Positions 61,701 through 64,000 of a stretch of DNA of 64,000 nucleotides are shown piece by piece. Numbering within the stretch: the first letter of the stretch is position 1; the number at the start of each line of letters is the position of its first letter. The stretch comes from Amoebophrya sp. A120 (Eukaryota; Protista; Dinoflagellata). The notes under the pieces are model-generated. The model saw nothing but the letters and a program-made list of their open reading frames with translations. It was not told the origin of the DNA and searched no databases. The position numbers and the translations under genes were made by a program. Location: the NCBI GenBank assembly GCA_905178155.1, contig CAJINV010000017.1, forward strand, positions 1,170,722 through 1,234,721, given 5' to 3'.

Positions 61701-64000
61701 CTACTTGGAATTTTCCACCGCGGGAGTCGTTGTCACGGGCAGCGGGAAACTGCCGAATCCGATCGCGATCCCCCCCGGGCAGCACTCGATTAAATGGGAG
61801 TCAGATGAGTCGATCACGGGGGAAGGGTGGGAATTTCTGATCAAAACCGATTTGTCCTACACCTTCCCCATCGAGATCGAGAGTCTCACCTCGGATAGAA
61901 TCGACAGCCTGTACTTGGTCGCTGCCTACAACGGCAACGAAGCGGACGTGGGGGTCATCGCGGCGCTAGTTGACGACAAATCTGGCGGGAACGCCGGTGG
62001 CGGCAAACCGCCGGACTCGTGGCCCGAGTACGTGATTTTTGCGGATAAAAATCCGGAATTGGCGCTGTTTTCCGGCGATGTTGAGATCAAATTCGACGTA
62101 GCGACCGACCCGTCCGTCACGAGGTTCAAAGCGGTCATCGTGCGCAAGGAGCTGGAGCCGGGCGTCGCGGTTTCGGCATTTGATATCCAAGCGAACATCA
62201 GATCCAGCCCCTTCCCGGAAACGGAAGTGCAAGATTTGGGAGAAACGACCGCCACGACCGGCGCGAATAAAATCTCCATCAATAACGTCGATTTCCGGAA
62301 CGAAAACACCAACAACCTTTGGATTAAAGTGACCAACGGCAACGAGTTTGCGTTCTCGACGCACGGGTTTTACTTGCCGCTGAACGACGTGCACGCCTTA
62401 CCGCTCCTGACGGCGAAGTTCCAGGGGGACCTCGATTCTGATATTGGCGAAGTCAGCGGGGATGTGTCTATGGCGCCTCCGAACTACGCGATGGGGTTGA
62501 CGGGTTTCAAAGCGTATTTTGCGACCGCCGCGGCTGGGGCGACAACCGATGAGCTTTTCAGCCGTATCAACCTCCCGATCGTGTGTCCGCCGCAACTGTC
62601 CAATGCGGACCAGAAACTCGACCCGCTGAACCAATTTGCGAAGATGCCGTGCGCGACCCCCTGGGGACCCCGGTGCCTCGGCGTGAGTTGCAGAGACATC
62701 CAGATTGTGCAGGACGGGGAGACATTTTTGGTTTCCCGGTCCGCCGCTGGGGAGTACGGAAACAACGAAGAAGCTAAGATCTACTTCGCGTACGGGGGGG
62801 AGTTGGAGGTGATTGCGATGGACGTGGAGTTGATGTTCGACACGTTGCTCGCGAAGTGGCGAGGCTTTTCCGGCGGCGCGGGGGCGAACCCGACGCCCGG
62901 ATTGGACTTAGCTTACTTAGACGTCGGCGATAAGCTCGAAGTCGACGGGGGAACACGCGAATCCTACCTGCACTGGAAGACCGACGCGACGCTCGGGAAG
63001 TCGGGGTGGGCTCTCCGGTACCGACCGGCCTACCCGAAAGTGACGATCCCGATGGACACGAAGATGCCGGTGGGGGCGACAGGGCTCAGGATCGTCCCGG
63101 TGTACCACGGCTATGGGGAAAATCTCGGCAATGCGCCCGCAGTTCCTGCCAGCGATGAGCACCAACAGGGCGATCAAGTTGCAGCTGCGTATGACAGTAC
63201 TTCTAGCACAACCACGATGAATAATTATCTCCAGCAAGACAGCAAAAACGAGTTTGAGGGCGGGATCGCCAGTCACTACTTCACGGCGGTGGACGATTGG
63301 GTGCGGTCCGAAGCGACCTGCTTCCCGGACCGAATCCGCTGCCCCATCCCCGCGGCCTGGGCTGCCTTCCCCTATGTGCCGCCGAAACCGCAAGACAGCG
63401 CGAACGACTGTGAGATGAAGCAGGAGGACGGTGGCATTGGGGCTTACTTCGAGTTCCCAAAGGGGCAGTGCGGCGCGACGCGGACGTTTGACGTGGCCAG
63501 AGGCTTGGTGGTCGACAGTGTGTTGCTAGTCGCCAACGCCGTGGACACCATCGACCCGGTGGAGGTCGAGGAGCAGAGCCACGAATTCTCGACGGTGTTG
63601 GAGTTTTTAGACGAGCAACCAAAGCAACCCGCCGAGCTCCCGCCCGATATCACGTGCACCTGCGAGGGGCCGTTGACCGCGTCCGCGACGCTTGGGGTCT
63701 CGATCGAGGAGGCCACGGCGCCCCCGCCGGTCCAGGCGGCGGCGATCGATTTGGTGGGCAGATCGGAGATGCGGGCGTCGATGCGACTGTTTCAAGACCC
63801 GTCCTTTGTGCAGAGTCTGGATTCGGGGGACTGGGTTCCGCAGGCGACGGAACTGTTCTACATCGAGGCCGGCGTGGAGTACGTGGGGAACCACATCTCG
63901 GTGCGCTCCTGTCGCGCGGCCAGAACGGCTGCGGCGTTGATGGATACACCAGGAACGACCCCACCACCAACAACTCCAAATGACGAGCCGGTCACCATTT
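58708..64000 (+). CDS. Secreted S8 subtilisin-like protease with prodomain and long C-terminal extension containing CUB-like modules; 3' end outside the window
   Basis: Signal peptide; catalytic motifs VAVIDTG, HGTHCAG and FSGTSMAAP; loop GIDDDGNGYVDD. GT-AG introns 59074-59285 and 59677-60250; open frame from 60251 to the window end with LDVEEGYDYLEF..WESDESITGEGW. Confidence 0.92.
59767..60131. mobile_element. 327-bp insertion with a 19-bp target-site duplication and telomere-like repeats, inside a canonical intron
   Basis: TTTTAGGCAGAAAAAAATT at 59767-59785 and 60113-60131; degenerate T(T)TAGG(G) runs near 59962-59982 and 60079-60106. Confidence 0.75.

Overview
This is a gene-dense eukaryotic (alveolate-like) window in which every supportable gene lies on the + strand. 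In order: a possible small spliced gene, a large Zn-finger/low-complexity protein, a P2C-like (Na+/K+-type) P-ATPase, a very large low-complexity protein with a C-terminal IQ-like motif, a nucleoredoxin, a coiled-coil protein, an OSCA/TMEM63-like channel, a membrane-anchored GH81 beta-1,3-glucanase (one in-frame TAG), a membrane-anchored six-domain Kazal inhibitor and a subtilisin that runs off the end. The ORF track is fragmented because genes carry two intron classes: about 13-14 ordinary GT-AG introns and at least 24 non-canonical inserts. The latter have terminal inverted repeats, begin and end with TA (two TG variants) and are usually flanked by a 5-nt direct repeat. Removing the element plus exactly 5 nt restores the frame in all 24 cases I traced by hand. 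This resembles the inverted-repeat introners known from the parasitic dinoflagellate Amoebophrya, but the organism is my inference. Highlights: three different ~1-1.3 kb elements separated by near-identical 48-bp coding duplications (19624-23106); one element family present in both orientations; differences between the two 5-nt repeat copies that avoid second codon positions; and a telomere-repeat-bearing insert with a 19-bp target duplication. Gene models are manual and lack RNA evidence.
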